From: an uncultured Nitrososphaerota archaeon | GTDB taxonomy: Archaea > Thermoproteota > Nitrososphaeria > Conexivisphaerales > DTJL01 | Direction: 5' to 3' | DNA: 24,000 nt | NCBI GenBank assembly: GCA_963772005.1 | Contig: CAVYVS010000021.1 | Coordinates: 102,469 to 126,468, forward strand | Part shown: positions 1-8,688 of the stretch, piece by piece | Numbering within the stretch: position 1 is the first letter of the stretch | Layout: every line of letters starts with the position of its first letter | Position numbers and translations under genes: made by a program | Notes under the pieces: generated by a model | Database searches by the model: none | The model's input: only the letters and a program-made list of their open reading frames with translations | What the model was told of the DNA's origin: nothing

Positions 1-552
1 GTAACAGTCTGCGAGCCTACCGAGGTCCCTGACCATTGGCTCCGCATAGCTCTGCAGGTGATGGCCCAACGTCTGAAGCTGCGCCTGCCGCATGTGGGTG
101 TAGGCCAGCACGGGTGTCGAAGAGTACCTCCGTGATAACTCCAGAAGCGCCTCCGCGAGTCCTATCGTCGCATCGGTTAGTTCCAGGAGTCGGTCCCGAC
201 ATAGCATGCGCGTTATGGTGGCGACCTGGTCGTTCCTGGACCTAGCCGTATGCAGTCTTCCTCCCGTGTCCTTCGAAGTCAAAAGGGTCACCGAGGTCTC
301 TACGAATTCATGGATGTCCTCGAACCCTGTTGTCAGGACGCCTCCCTCCGCCGTCTTCCTCAGGGCCCGGATGAGCTCTCCTGCCTGCCTTTTGTTTACC
401 CATCTCTGTTCCTCCAGCATTACCACATGTGCGAGGGAGCATTCGATTTCGTATGCCAGGAACTCGGCGTCGACATGCAGGGACCCTATGAAGCGCTGGG
501 ATTTGGGATCTATGTCCTTGCTCAGCCTTGACCGATAAAGCCCTCCAGTCAT
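1..552 (-). CDS. argH: Argininosuccinate lyase, N-terminal part (truncated by left window edge)
   Basis: Manual translation of the minus strand from ATG at 552: MTGGLYRSRLSKDIDPKSQRFIGSLHVDAEFLAYEIECSLAHVV...GFEDIHEFVETSVTLLTSKDTGGRLHTARSRNDQVATITRM..., open to base 1. It contains the fumarase/ASL-family GRLHTARSRNDQVAT block. Absent from the ORF track because no stop lies in the window. Confidence 0.93.
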   Translation of the reverse strand, partial: MTGGLYRSRLSKDIDPKSQRFIGSLHVDAEFLAYEIECSLAHVVMLEEQRWVNKRQAGELIRALRKTAEGGVLTTGFEDIHEFVETSVTLLTSKDTGGRLHTARSRNDQVATITRMLCRDRLLELTDATIGLAEALLELSRRYSSTPVLAYTHMRQAQLQTLGHHLQSYAEPMVRDLGRLADCY

Positions 553-1243
553 CACTGCTTGCCTCCCAATCGCCGCGCTTCGGAGACAAGGTCTGTAACA
601 GCCGTGAATGCCTTGACGACGTCCCCCATCTTCACAACTATGATAGTGTCGGTGTAGTTGCTCACGGTGTCGACCACGTTTATACCTCCCCGTCCGACGC
701 GGTTATAGATGGCAGCTACGCAGCCTGCAGTCTCGGCTATCTCCTCAGGGCTATGTATGATGAGGGCAGGCTACGCTCGGTCTTCGCTTCTATCACTTCT
801 TCGTCCTTGAACCGACCACGAAGATATCCGAACAGGCTTCTCTCAAACACCAGGGTGTATGCGCTGGGAGAGCTCGAAATCTGCAGGAAGGCGTCATAGT
901 TCTTGAACGCGATGTCCTTTATCCTAGCTGACGCCTCCGGGTCTACCTGGACCGAGACCAAGGCTAGGTCGGTCCTGACCTCGACGCTGCTCTTTGCCAG
1001 CACCTTAAGGTATCCCAACGCCCCTCTCCTATAGGCGCCCTTAATTCGCTTCAACGAAGTGATTATGGCCTCCTCTGAAACGCTCCGGCCCATGCTCGAC
1101 ACGACCGCGGGCCTCAGCAGCCTAGCCGCCGCGCTCACGTTCACGATCCCCCTCGCCAGCGCTTCCTGCAACAGAGAATCGCCGTCCACCTGCTCCCTGA
1201 CCGACCTGGAGATGGAAGTCGTGACCAGTTTTGGTCTAGTCAT
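552..1243 (-). CDS. Putative regulatory protein with C-terminal ACT-like domain; reading frame broken by one apparent -1 indel near 764-770
   Basis: Track ORF 737..1243 gives MTRPKLVTTSISRSVREQVDGDSLLQEALARG...EVIEAKTERS. In another frame the downstream sequence reads PALIIHSPEEIAETAGCVAAIYNRVGRGGINVVDTVSNYTDTIIVVKMGDVVKAFTAVTDLVSEARRLGGKQ*, which is ACT-like. The stop TGA at 554-552 overlaps the argH ATG (TGATG). Confidence 0.65.
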
Positions 1244-1267
1244 GGCTAATTCCGACCAGCGTCGTCC

Positions 1268-1279
1268 GAAATAATTAAA
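1268..1279 (+). promoter_or_regulatory. Putative archaeal TATA element (AT-rich AAATAATTAAAT) in the argG / regulator divergent intergenic region
   Basis: AT-rich element about 30-40 nt upstream of the argG ATG at 1309, within GC-rich surroundings. Confidence 0.4.
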
Positions 1280-1308
1280 TGTTGCCCTCCAGCTGCCTTG
1301 CGTTATCT

Positions 1309-2520
1309 ATGGCCTCTAAAATCGTCTTGGGCTATTCGGGCGGCCTTGACACCACGACAGCCATTCTGTGGCTGAAGGAGAAGTACGGCTACGACGTCGT
1401 GACCTTGACCATCGATGTCGGACAGGAAGAGGATTTCGCGCCTATAGCGAGGAGATCGCAGGAGCTGGGCGCGGTTCAGCATTACGAAATCGATGCCAAG
1501 GAGGAGTTCTCCAACGCCTACATAGCCAAGTCCATCAGGGCCAACGGGCTCTACCAGGGGAAGTACCCCCTCAGCACCGCCTTGGCCCGGCCGCTCATTG
1601 CCGCCAAGCTGGTAGAAGTTGCTGAGAAGGAAGGTGCGACGGCCGTGGCCCACGGTTGCACCGGCAAGGGTAACGATCAGGTCAGGTTCGACTTGTGCGT
1701 GAACGCCCTCAACCCCAACCTCAAGGTGGTAGCGCCAGTAAGGGAATGGAATCTTAGTAGGACCGACGAAGTGGCCTACCTCAAATCCAAGGGCTTCGAT
1801 GCGCCCACCAAACGGTCGGAGTTCAGCGTCGATCAGAACCTATGGGGGAGATCCGTTGAAGGTGGCGCAATCGAGAATCCTGCCGATGAGCCCCCGCAGG
1901 AGGCCCTAGATTGGACCCAGCCTCCAGAGCTCTGGCCCGCCGAGCCGTCATATGTAACGATCGGCTTCCAGGAGGGAGTTCCCACATCGTTGGACGGCCA
2001 AGAGCTGAAGCTGTCCGAGATTATAGTCAAACTCAACCGCCTGGCAGGGACGCATGGAATCGGGGTCCTCGACCACATGGAGGATAGGTCTGTTGGTATC
2101 AAGTCCCACGAGGTCTACGAATGCCCAGCCGCCACGGTCCTAATCGAAGCCCATCGGGAGCTCGAGAAGCTCGTCCTGACGAGATCTGAGGGAGCCTTCA
2201 AGCCAATCGTCGAGCAGCAGTGGGCCTCGTTGGTCTACTCGGGCCTCTGGATTGACCCGTTGCTCAAGGACCTTCAGAGCTTTATCGATTCAACCCAGGA
2301 GTTCGTTTCAGGGGAGACCAAAATCAAACTGTTCAAGGGAGCGAGCAGGGTAGTGGGGAGGTCATCCCCCTATGCGCTCTACCAGAAACAGTTGTCCACC
2401 TACGGGGTGGATTCGACCTTCGACCAGAGGGCAGCCGAGGGCTTCATCAAACTCTGGGGTCTTCCGTCTGTGATGGCTGCACGACGCAGCCTACTAAAAA
2501 CGAAGGAGGTGTTAGCATGA
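1309..2520 (+). CDS. argG: Argininosuccinate synthase
   Basis: MASKIVLGYSGGLDTTTAILWLKEKYGYDVVTLTIDVGQ..., PP-loop SGGLDT motif, AHGCTGKGNDQVRF motif, full length. The internal ATG at 1309 fits better than the track start at 1279. Confidence 0.96.
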   Translation: MASKIVLGYSGGLDTTTAILWLKEKYGYDVVTLTIDVGQEEDFAPIARRSQELGAVQHYEIDAKEEFSNAYIAKSIRANGLYQGKYPLSTALARPLIAAKLVEVAEKEGATAVAHGCTGKGNDQVRFDLCVNALNPNLKVVAPVREWNLSRTDEVAYLKSKGFDAPTKRSEFSVDQNLWGRSVEGGAIENPADEPPQEALDWTQPPELWPAEPSYVTIGFQEGVPTSLDGQELKLSEIIVKLNRLAGTHGIGVLDHMEDRSVGIKSHEVYECPAATVLIEAHRELEKLVLTRSEGAFKPIVEQQWASLVYSGLWIDPLLKDLQSFIDSTQEFVSGETKIKLFKGASRVVGRSSPYALYQKQLSTYGVDSTFDQRAAEGFIKLWGLPSVMAARRSLLKTKEVLA

Positions 2521-2687
2521 ACGGGACATGTGCAGAGTGCGGCGGTAGCGTGCCAGTACCAGGGGACGCGTTGAAGGGCGAAATCGTCTCGTGTCCTGAC
2601 TGTGGGACCGAGTTCGAGGTCAAGGAGCTGGGATCGACGGTTCAGCTGGCGGCCGCACCTAAGATCGAAGAAGACTGGGGAGAATAA
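2517..2687 (+). CDS. lysW: LysW amino-group carrier protein (56 aa), missed by the ORF track length cutoff
   Basis: Manual translation: MNGTCAECGGSVPVPGDALKGEIVSCPDCGTEFEVKELGSTVQLAAAPKIEEDWGE*. It has two CxxC zinc-ribbon knuckles and the diagnostic C-terminal EDWGE. ATG overlaps the argG stop (ATGA). Confidence 0.95.
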   Translation: MNGTCAECGGSVPVPGDALKGEIVSCPDCGTEFEVKELGSTVQLAAAPKIEEDWGE

Positions 2688-2696
2688 GCCGGTCAG

Positions 2697-3545
2697 ATGA
2701 CGAAAATCACCCTCTTCTACGACCGCGTAAGGTGGGAAGAGAAACAACTTCACGACCGGGCTTCGGAGAGAGGAATCCAGCTCGACTTCTTGGATGTGCG
2801 GGAGCTCCTCTACCCGACCGCTCCTGAACAGATGGCCTTAGGCACCGCCCTGCAGAGGTGCGTCAGCCACACGAGGGGAATTCTCGCAGCCCATTACTTC
2901 GAAACGAGGGGCACAACGGTCATCAACTCCGGCAAGACGTCCGAAATCTGCAGCGACAAGTTCGCGACGGGCCTCCGCCTAGCTGCAGCCGGCATACCTC
3001 ATCCAAGAACGATTGTAGCGCTCTCCGTGGAGTCCGCCATGAAGGCGGCGGAGAAGGTGGCCTATCCGGTGGTCATGAAACCTCTCAACGGATCGTGGGG
3101 GAGGGAAGTGGCAGTCCTCACCGATGAACGGTCTCTGAAATCATACATTGAGCTGAAAGAAGGCTCCGAGGATCCCGAGGACCATGTGTACTACCTTCAA
3201 GAATTCGTGCAAAACCCGGGGAGGGACATCAGGTCCGTCTGCGTCGGCGGAGAGATCGTGGCTTGCATCTACCGCTACACTCCAGAGGGCGAATGGAGGT
3301 CGAACGTGGCACTCGGAGGCACGGCAAAGCCTTGCCAACTCGACGAAGCAGGCAAGGAGATGGTGCTCAAGGCGGCGGAAGTGGTCGGCGGCGAAATCGT
3401 TGGCGTGGACTCGATGGAGGGCCCCCATGGCCTAATGGTTCATGAAGTCAACTCGAACGTCGAGTTCCGAGGAGCCACCGGCGGCACTGGTGTCGACATC
3501 GCAGGTCGGATACTCGATTACGCGGTAAGGAGGTCCGCTAAGTGA
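2697..3545 (+). CDS. lysX: LysW-alpha-aminoadipate/glutamate ligase (LysX/ArgX, ATP-grasp)
   Basis: MTKITLFYDRVRWEEKQL..., KPLNGSWGREVAVL and HEVNSNVEFRG ATP-grasp segments; immediately downstream of lysW. Confidence 0.92.
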   Translation: MTKITLFYDRVRWEEKQLHDRASERGIQLDFLDVRELLYPTAPEQMALGTALQRCVSHTRGILAAHYFETRGTTVINSGKTSEICSDKFATGLRLAAAGIPHPRTIVALSVESAMKAAEKVAYPVVMKPLNGSWGREVAVLTDERSLKSYIELKEGSEDPEDHVYYLQEFVQNPGRDIRSVCVGGEIVACIYRYTPEGEWRSNVALGGTAKPCQLDEAGKEMVLKAAEVVGGEIVGVDSMEGPHGLMVHEVNSNVEFRGATGGTGVDIAGRILDYAVRRSAK

Positions 3546-4591
3546 GGGTCGGCGTTCTAGGGGCGTCCGGATTTGTGGGTGGAGAGCTCCTCAGGTTGCT
3601 CCTGCGACACCCTTCGGTCGAAGTCACCATTATTTCGTCGAGAGAATACGCGGGGGAGTTCGTGCACAGGGCACACCCTCACCTCAGAGGGGTCTCAAGC
3701 CTCCAATTCACTCCGTACGACCTCGAGAAGGTCGTGGACGCTAGCGATCTCGTGTTTGCTTCTCTGCCCCTCAAGGCCTCGCTGGATGCCATACCCAGGC
3801 TTGTAGCTGGGGGCGTGAAGGTGATTGACATGAGCCCAGCCTACAGGCTCCCAAAGGCCGAGGACTTCCAACTTCACTACAATATGGTTCACCCGGATCA
3901 GCTTCTCCTTTCACGTTTTGCCTACGGCCTCCCCGAGCTCTACCGTTCCGCGATAGCATCCAGCAACCTGGTCGCCAATCCGGGATGTTCGGCCCTGACC
4001 TCCATTCTGGCCACAGCGCCGTTCGTCGAGCTCATCGAACCTAATTCCGACCTTGTCGTCGATGCGAAGGTCGGCTCCTCCGGCTCGGGGTCCAAACCGT
4101 CACTTGGAGGAATGCATGCGGTCAGGTACGGGACCATTCGGCCATACAAGCTCGGTAACCACCGCCATGGCTCTGAAGTCAGGACCTTCCTCAGGTCCTG
4201 CGGCAACGAGGGAGTGAACGTGCTTTTCTCCGCCCACGCCGTCGACATGGTCCGAGGGATACTTGTCACAGAATATATCGCCACCAACACATCCATAACG
4301 GCCAAGGACGTCTGGCAGCGACTGCGCGGCAAGTATGGTCAGGAGCACTTCATCAGACTGGTGAAGGACAAGGTAGGAAGCTTCAAGCTTCCGGACCCGA
4401 AGATCTCGATAGGCTCCAACTTCTGCGACATCGGTTTTGAGCTGGACCCAGATGGAAGGCACTTGATGGTAGTCGCCGCCCTGGATAACCTGATGAAAGG
4501 AGCCGCCGGCAACGCGGTGCAGTGTATGAACGTGATGCAGGGCTACCCAGAAAGCACAGCCCTCGATCTGATTCCAATATTTCCGGTGTAG
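3542..4591 (+). CDS. lysY: LysW-phosphate semialdehyde reductase (LysY/ArgC family)
   Basis: MRVGVLGASGFVGGELLRLLLRHPSVEV..., NPGCSALTSILATAPF catalytic Cys region, SGSGSKPSL; ATGA overlap with lysX. Confidence 0.93.
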   Translation: MRVGVLGASGFVGGELLRLLLRHPSVEVTIISSREYAGEFVHRAHPHLRGVSSLQFTPYDLEKVVDASDLVFASLPLKASLDAIPRLVAGGVKVIDMSPAYRLPKAEDFQLHYNMVHPDQLLLSRFAYGLPELYRSAIASSNLVANPGCSALTSILATAPFVELIEPNSDLVVDAKVGSSGSGSKPSLGGMHAVRYGTIRPYKLGNHRHGSEVRTFLRSCGNEGVNVLFSAHAVDMVRGILVTEYIATNTSITAKDVWQRLRGKYGQEHFIRLVKDKVGSFKLPDPKISIGSNFCDIGFELDPDGRHLMVVAALDNLMKGAAGNAVQCMNVMQGYPESTALDLIPIFPV

Positions 4592-4597
4592 TCAGAA

Positions 4598-5399
4598 GTG
4601 GTAACAGTCGTAAAGATAGGCGGCCGGCTCACCGAAGGACCCTACCTAGATCAGTATAGGAGCCGATCTGGCGTCTAACAAGGAGCTTTCTCCCACCCTT
4701 ATCGTCCACGGTGGAGGGGACCTGGTGACCAGGTTCGGAGAGCGGATGGGGATAAAGCAGAAGTTCGTTATGGCTCCGTCGGGCGTCCGAAGCAGATATA
4801 CCGATGGCGAGACCCTTCAGGCCTGTCTGATGGTCTTGGCAGGGCTGGTGAACACTCGCGTCGTTCAGGCCCTGGAACGCCAGGGCGTACAAGCATTGGG
4901 GCTTACGGGTGCCGACTGCGAGTTGATCAGGGCCGAACGTCGGGAGAAGATATTGGTGGTCGAGGGTGGAAAGAAGATGGCGATCGATGGCGGCTACTCC
5001 GGGAAACCCTTCGCCGTGAACTCGGGCTTGATCAGCCACCTCTTTGACATGAACATAGTCCCCGTTGTCGCTCCCTTGGGGATAGACGCCAAGGGAGACC
5101 TTGTGAACATGGACGGCGATTCTGCGGCTGCCGCCATCGCGTCGGGACTGAAAGCAGATACATTGCTGTTCCTCTCGGACGTGGACGGCTTGCTGATTGA
5201 CGGCAAAGTCATCCCCAGGGTCCAGGCCGGTGCCTTGGAGGGTCTAATCAAGACCACGGGTGTGGGCATGAACCGCAAGCTTCTCTCTGCCCTCAAGGCG
5301 CTTAGAGGAGGGGTTCCCAAGGTGATAATATCCAATGGGAAGGCACAGCGTCCGCTGAGCGCGGCGCTCTTCGATAATCGGGGGACCATAATTCAATGA
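4598..5399 (+). CDS. lysZ: LysW-aminoadipate/glutamate kinase (LysZ/ArgB family), N-terminus displaced by an apparent +1 indel around 4650-4656
   Basis: Frame 2 reads VVTVVKIGGRLTEGPYLD from GTG 4598. It continues in frame 0 as SIGADLASNKELSPTLIVHGGGDLVTRFGERMGIKQKF..., joining the track ORF 4725..5399 (amino-acid kinase fold, NSGLISHLFDMNIVPVVAPLG, NMDGDSAAAAIA). Confidence 0.88.
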
Positions 5400-6568
5400 G
5401 CGACGCGCAGACGAACATCGAAGACCGTTGGCTCATCCCAACCTACGCCAAGCTTCCTGTGAAGATAGTCCGGGGCGAAGGGTCCTATGTCTGGGATGCT
5501 AGCGGGAAGCAGTTCATCGACTTTGCCACTGGATACGGCACCGCCATCCTCGGCCATTGTCCGCCTGCCGTCAAAGCCGCAGTAGTTGAACAGGTATCCA
5601 AGCTCATGGTCTGTCATGGGAGCCTCTACAACGACGCAAGGGAGAGGTTCTTTGAGGCCCTCGAGCCAGCGGCCCCAAAAGGCCTCGACAAGGCCTTTCT
5701 GGGCAATAGCGGGGCCGAAGCGGTAGAAGCAGCGATGAAGCTCGCCATCAGGAAGTCTGGAAAGAAAGGTTTCGTTGCCTTCCAGGGCGCGTATCACGGG
5801 AAGACCCTCGGCGCGCTCTCGCTGACTTGGGGGGCCAAGTATAGGGAACCATATCAGGAGATTCTCCTTCCCACCAAATTCGCAAGATATGGCGACTCGT
5901 CGAGCGTTCCTCAGCTAATTGACGCCGACACGGCTGCCGTGATTGTCGAGCCCGTCCAAGGAGAGGCCGGCATTAGGGTGCCGCCTCCAGGGTTCCTAAA
6001 GGAGGTCGAAGAGGCCTGTCGGCACGCCGGCGTGCTTCTGATAGTCGATGAGATTCAGTCTGGCTTGGGCCGTACGGGGCTCATGTGGGCGCACGAACGC
6101 GAAGGCATTAGGCCCGACGTCATGTGCTTCGGGAAGGGTCTGGCCTCAGGGATACCCATACGGAGCAATCCTGACGACTCCAGAAGTCGCCGGGGCTTGG
6201 CCAAAGGAGAACACACTACAACTTTCGGAGGGAATCCGGTTTCCTGCGCTGCTGCCGCTGCTACACTCAACCAAATTGTCTCGAGCAAGCTGTGGCTCAA
6301 CGCGGCCGAAAAGGGAGCCAGGTTGGTTGACATCTACAGCCGCCTCCCGCGAACAATCGTCAGGGAGGCCAGGGGATTGGGATTGATGCTCGCAGTGGAG
6401 ACCCGGCAGCCTTGCACGCCCATCATCAAGAAGCTCCTGGCCAATGGGCTTTTGACCATCCCTACAGGCCTCAACGTCGTGCGGACTCTTCCTCCCATCA
6501 ACCTTGAGGCCTCCGTACTGGATACGGCCGCTCCGATTTTAGAGTCCGCCTTCAGGGGTGACGCCTGA
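5396..6568 (+). CDS. lysJ: LysW-gamma-L-lysine/ornithine aminotransferase (LysJ/ArgD family)
   Basis: Class III aminotransferase: [81 protein letters not shown]. A short internal stretch is out of frame (see findings). Confidence 0.92.
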   Translation: [390 protein letters not shown]

Positions 6569-6569
6569 C

Positions 6570-7615
6570 ATGCCTCAGGATTCGGAAGCCGTCTCTCTCC
6601 TAAGGAAGCTGGTCCAGCTATACTCTCCAAGTGGCAGAGAGAAAAGGGTCGCCTCCGTCGTCCATCGCTGGCTTGCCGCCCAATCTTCTTTTGATGAAGT
6701 CGTGATAGATTCGGCTGGCAACGTCGTGGCTACAAGGGGCTCCGGACCATATCTCCTGCTATGTGGACACATGGACACAGTGCCTGGCAGGCTACCCGTC
6801 ACCTTCAAGAATGGAATGATAAGAGGGAGGGGTGCGGTTGGACGCCAAGGCGTCGCTCGCAGCCATGTGTATGGGTTCCTCATTGGCCGCAAGCCAAGGT
6901 GCGAAGGGCTTTATGTTCGCCGCAGTCGTGGGGGAGGAGACCAGCGGGAAGGGCATGAAGGCCCCTTCTCTCCAAGGGATGTCAGTTCGCGGGAGGGATC
7001 TTCGGCGAGCCCTCCGGTGGCGGAATCGTCATAGGCTACCGAGGGAGGCTGGGCTTGGAGCTCGAGGTCCAGGGCAAGGCGGCTCATGCCTCAAGCTCGG
7101 CTCTGGGCGTCAACGCGGTTGAGATTGGGATGGAAGCGGCGCTTGGGCTGAAGAAGGAACTCACCTCTTTAGGGTGCGCAGCCTCCATAACCATTGTCAG
7201 GGGAGGAAAGGCGGAGAACATGATACCTGCCAGCTGCAAGGTGGCCATGGACATTCGGATTCCCACTACGGTGGAGATGGCCCAAGTGCGTAGAGTCGTC
7301 GAGGAAGGCGATAGACCGGGGACGAAGTCAAAGGTCTCTGACTTCACTCCTCCCATCAACGTAGGAAGGGCGAACCGCGTATTCGGCTCTATGGCGGCGG
7401 TCATGACTGAAAGGGGAGTCCAGCCGAGGGCCCTGGTCAAGGTAGGCACCAGCGACATGAATTCGTTCTTCCTTACTACGAGGGCACCATGCATCGCATA
7501 CGGGCCCGGCGACGCCGCCCTCTCCCATACGGACAACGAGGCCGTAGGCGAGGCGGATTATCTGGCCGCCATTCAAGTCTATGCCTCGACCATCAGAAGA
7601 TTCTTGCGAGCGTGA
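6570..7615 (+). CDS. lysK: LysW-lysine/ornithine hydrolase (LysK, M20 family) split over three frames by two apparent indels
   Basis: N-part MPQDSEAVSLLRKLVQLYSPSGREKRVASVVHRWL...LLLCGHMDTVPGRLPV (track ORF 6558..7034). Middle ...DAKASLAAMCMGSSLAASQGAKGFMFAAVVGEETSGKGMK (frame of 6832..7122). C-part ...GGIFGEPSGGGIVIGYRGRLGLELEVQGKAAHASSSALG...LSHTDNEAV (frame of 7055..7615). Confidence 0.88.
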
Positions 7616-7656
7616 TCATGAAGTTGTCGAGAATCCAGTTTCGACCTCATCAGGCA

Positions 7657-7666
7657 TTCCTTAAAT
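7657..7666 (+). promoter_or_regulatory. Putative TATA element for the ABC exporter operon
   Basis: CCTTAAATATGG about 40 nt upstream of the ATG at 7705, in a short intergenic gap. Confidence 0.35.
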
Positions 7667-7704
7667 ATGGTGGTCTGGTTGCGCGCATTGTGGGCTGAAG
7701 GGCC

Positions 7705-8688
7705 ATGACGGCGATAGAAGTCGATGGGCTAACGAAGGTGTACCCGCCCGATATGAGGGTGGTGGATTCGATTAGCTTCAAGGTCGAAGACGGAGAAATC
7801 TTCGGGCTTCTGGGCCCGAATGGCGCTGGGAAGACCACGACCATCAAGATGATTATAGGGCTTACCAGGCCCACATCCGGCTCGATGAAGATATGCGGGA
7901 TTGATGCCCTTTCATCCTCATCTAAGGTTCGACAGATGATGGGGTACGTCCCTCAGGCCATCTCCGCCGACGGCGACCTTACTGGATACGAGAACCTTCT
8001 GATATTCTCGAAGCTCTTCTACGTCCCGAGGAAGGACCGCGAGCCCAGGATCAAGGAGGCGTTGCAGTGGATGGAACTCACGGACAGGGCCAACGATCTC
8101 GTAAAGCACTATTCGGGCGGCATGATGAGACGGCTTGAAATTGCGGAAGCCATCGTGAGTCGTCCGAGGGTCCTCTTCTTGGACGAGCCCAGCATCGGGC
8201 TGGATCCGTCGTCCAAAAGGCAAGTCTGGCAGCACATAAAGCGCTTGAACACGGATCTTAACATGACCGTCCTGATAACAACGCACGATATGGCAGAGGC
8301 CGACGAGCTATGCGGCAGGATCGCCATAATGAACCGTGGGCGATTCGTGGCTTTAGGCACTCCCGAGGAACTCAAACATGGGATGGGGGGCGATGTGGTG
8401 ACCGTCTGGCTGTCTGGAAAGCCCGACGTTTTCCCGCCTATTGAAGTCGGAAAGCCGCTTCACGTGTTGGAGGATTCCGTTGACTTCCTGACCGCGAACG
8501 GGGAAACGGCCATCCCGAAGATCGTCGGTTTCTACGAGCAGAACGGATTCCAGGTCCTTTCGATGTCGCTCAACAAGCCCACTCTCGACGACGTCTTCCT
8601 GAAGTACGCCAAACTGCGCATCGAAGAGGCCGAGAGCTATACGCAGACGCGTCAGTCTCGCAGAACGTTCATGAGGCATGCTGGATAA
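7705..8688 (+). CDS. ABC transporter ATP-binding protein (DrrA/CcmA-like, ABC-2 exporter type)
   Basis: Walker A GPNGAGKTTTIKM, Q-loop YVPQAISADGDLT, signature HYSGGMMRRLEIAEAI, Walker B RVLFLDEPSIGLD, H-loop ITTHDM. Confidence 0.95.
   Translation: MTAIEVDGLTKVYPPDMRVVDSISFKVEDGEIFGLLGPNGAGKTTTIKMIIGLTRPTSGSMKICGIDALSSSSKVRQMMGYVPQAISADGDLTGYENLLIFSKLFYVPRKDREPRIKEALQWMELTDRANDLVKHYSGGMMRRLEIAEAIVSRPRVLFLDEPSIGLDPSSKRQVWQHIKRLNTDLNMTVLITTHDMAEADELCGRIAIMNRGRFVALGTPEELKHGMGGDVVTVWLSGKPDVFPPIEVGKPLHVLEDSVDFLTANGETAIPKIVGFYEQNGFQVLSMSLNKPTLDDVFLKYAKLRIEEAESYTQTRQSRRTFMRHAG

Noticed and set aside
17-589. Short ORFs on both strands (17..202, 36..245, 206..538, 250..531, 308..589)
   Set aside because: Antisense or out-of-frame to the partial argH, which has strong family motifs.
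6048-6386. 112-aa plus-strand ORF inside lysJ
   Set aside because: Shadow frame; its only meaningful segment ([11 protein letters not shown]) is explained by local indels in lysJ.
7656-7670. Possible end-of-operon regulatory element downstream of lysK
   Set aside because: Only a TATA-like sequence for the following ABC gene is visible; no other structure supported.
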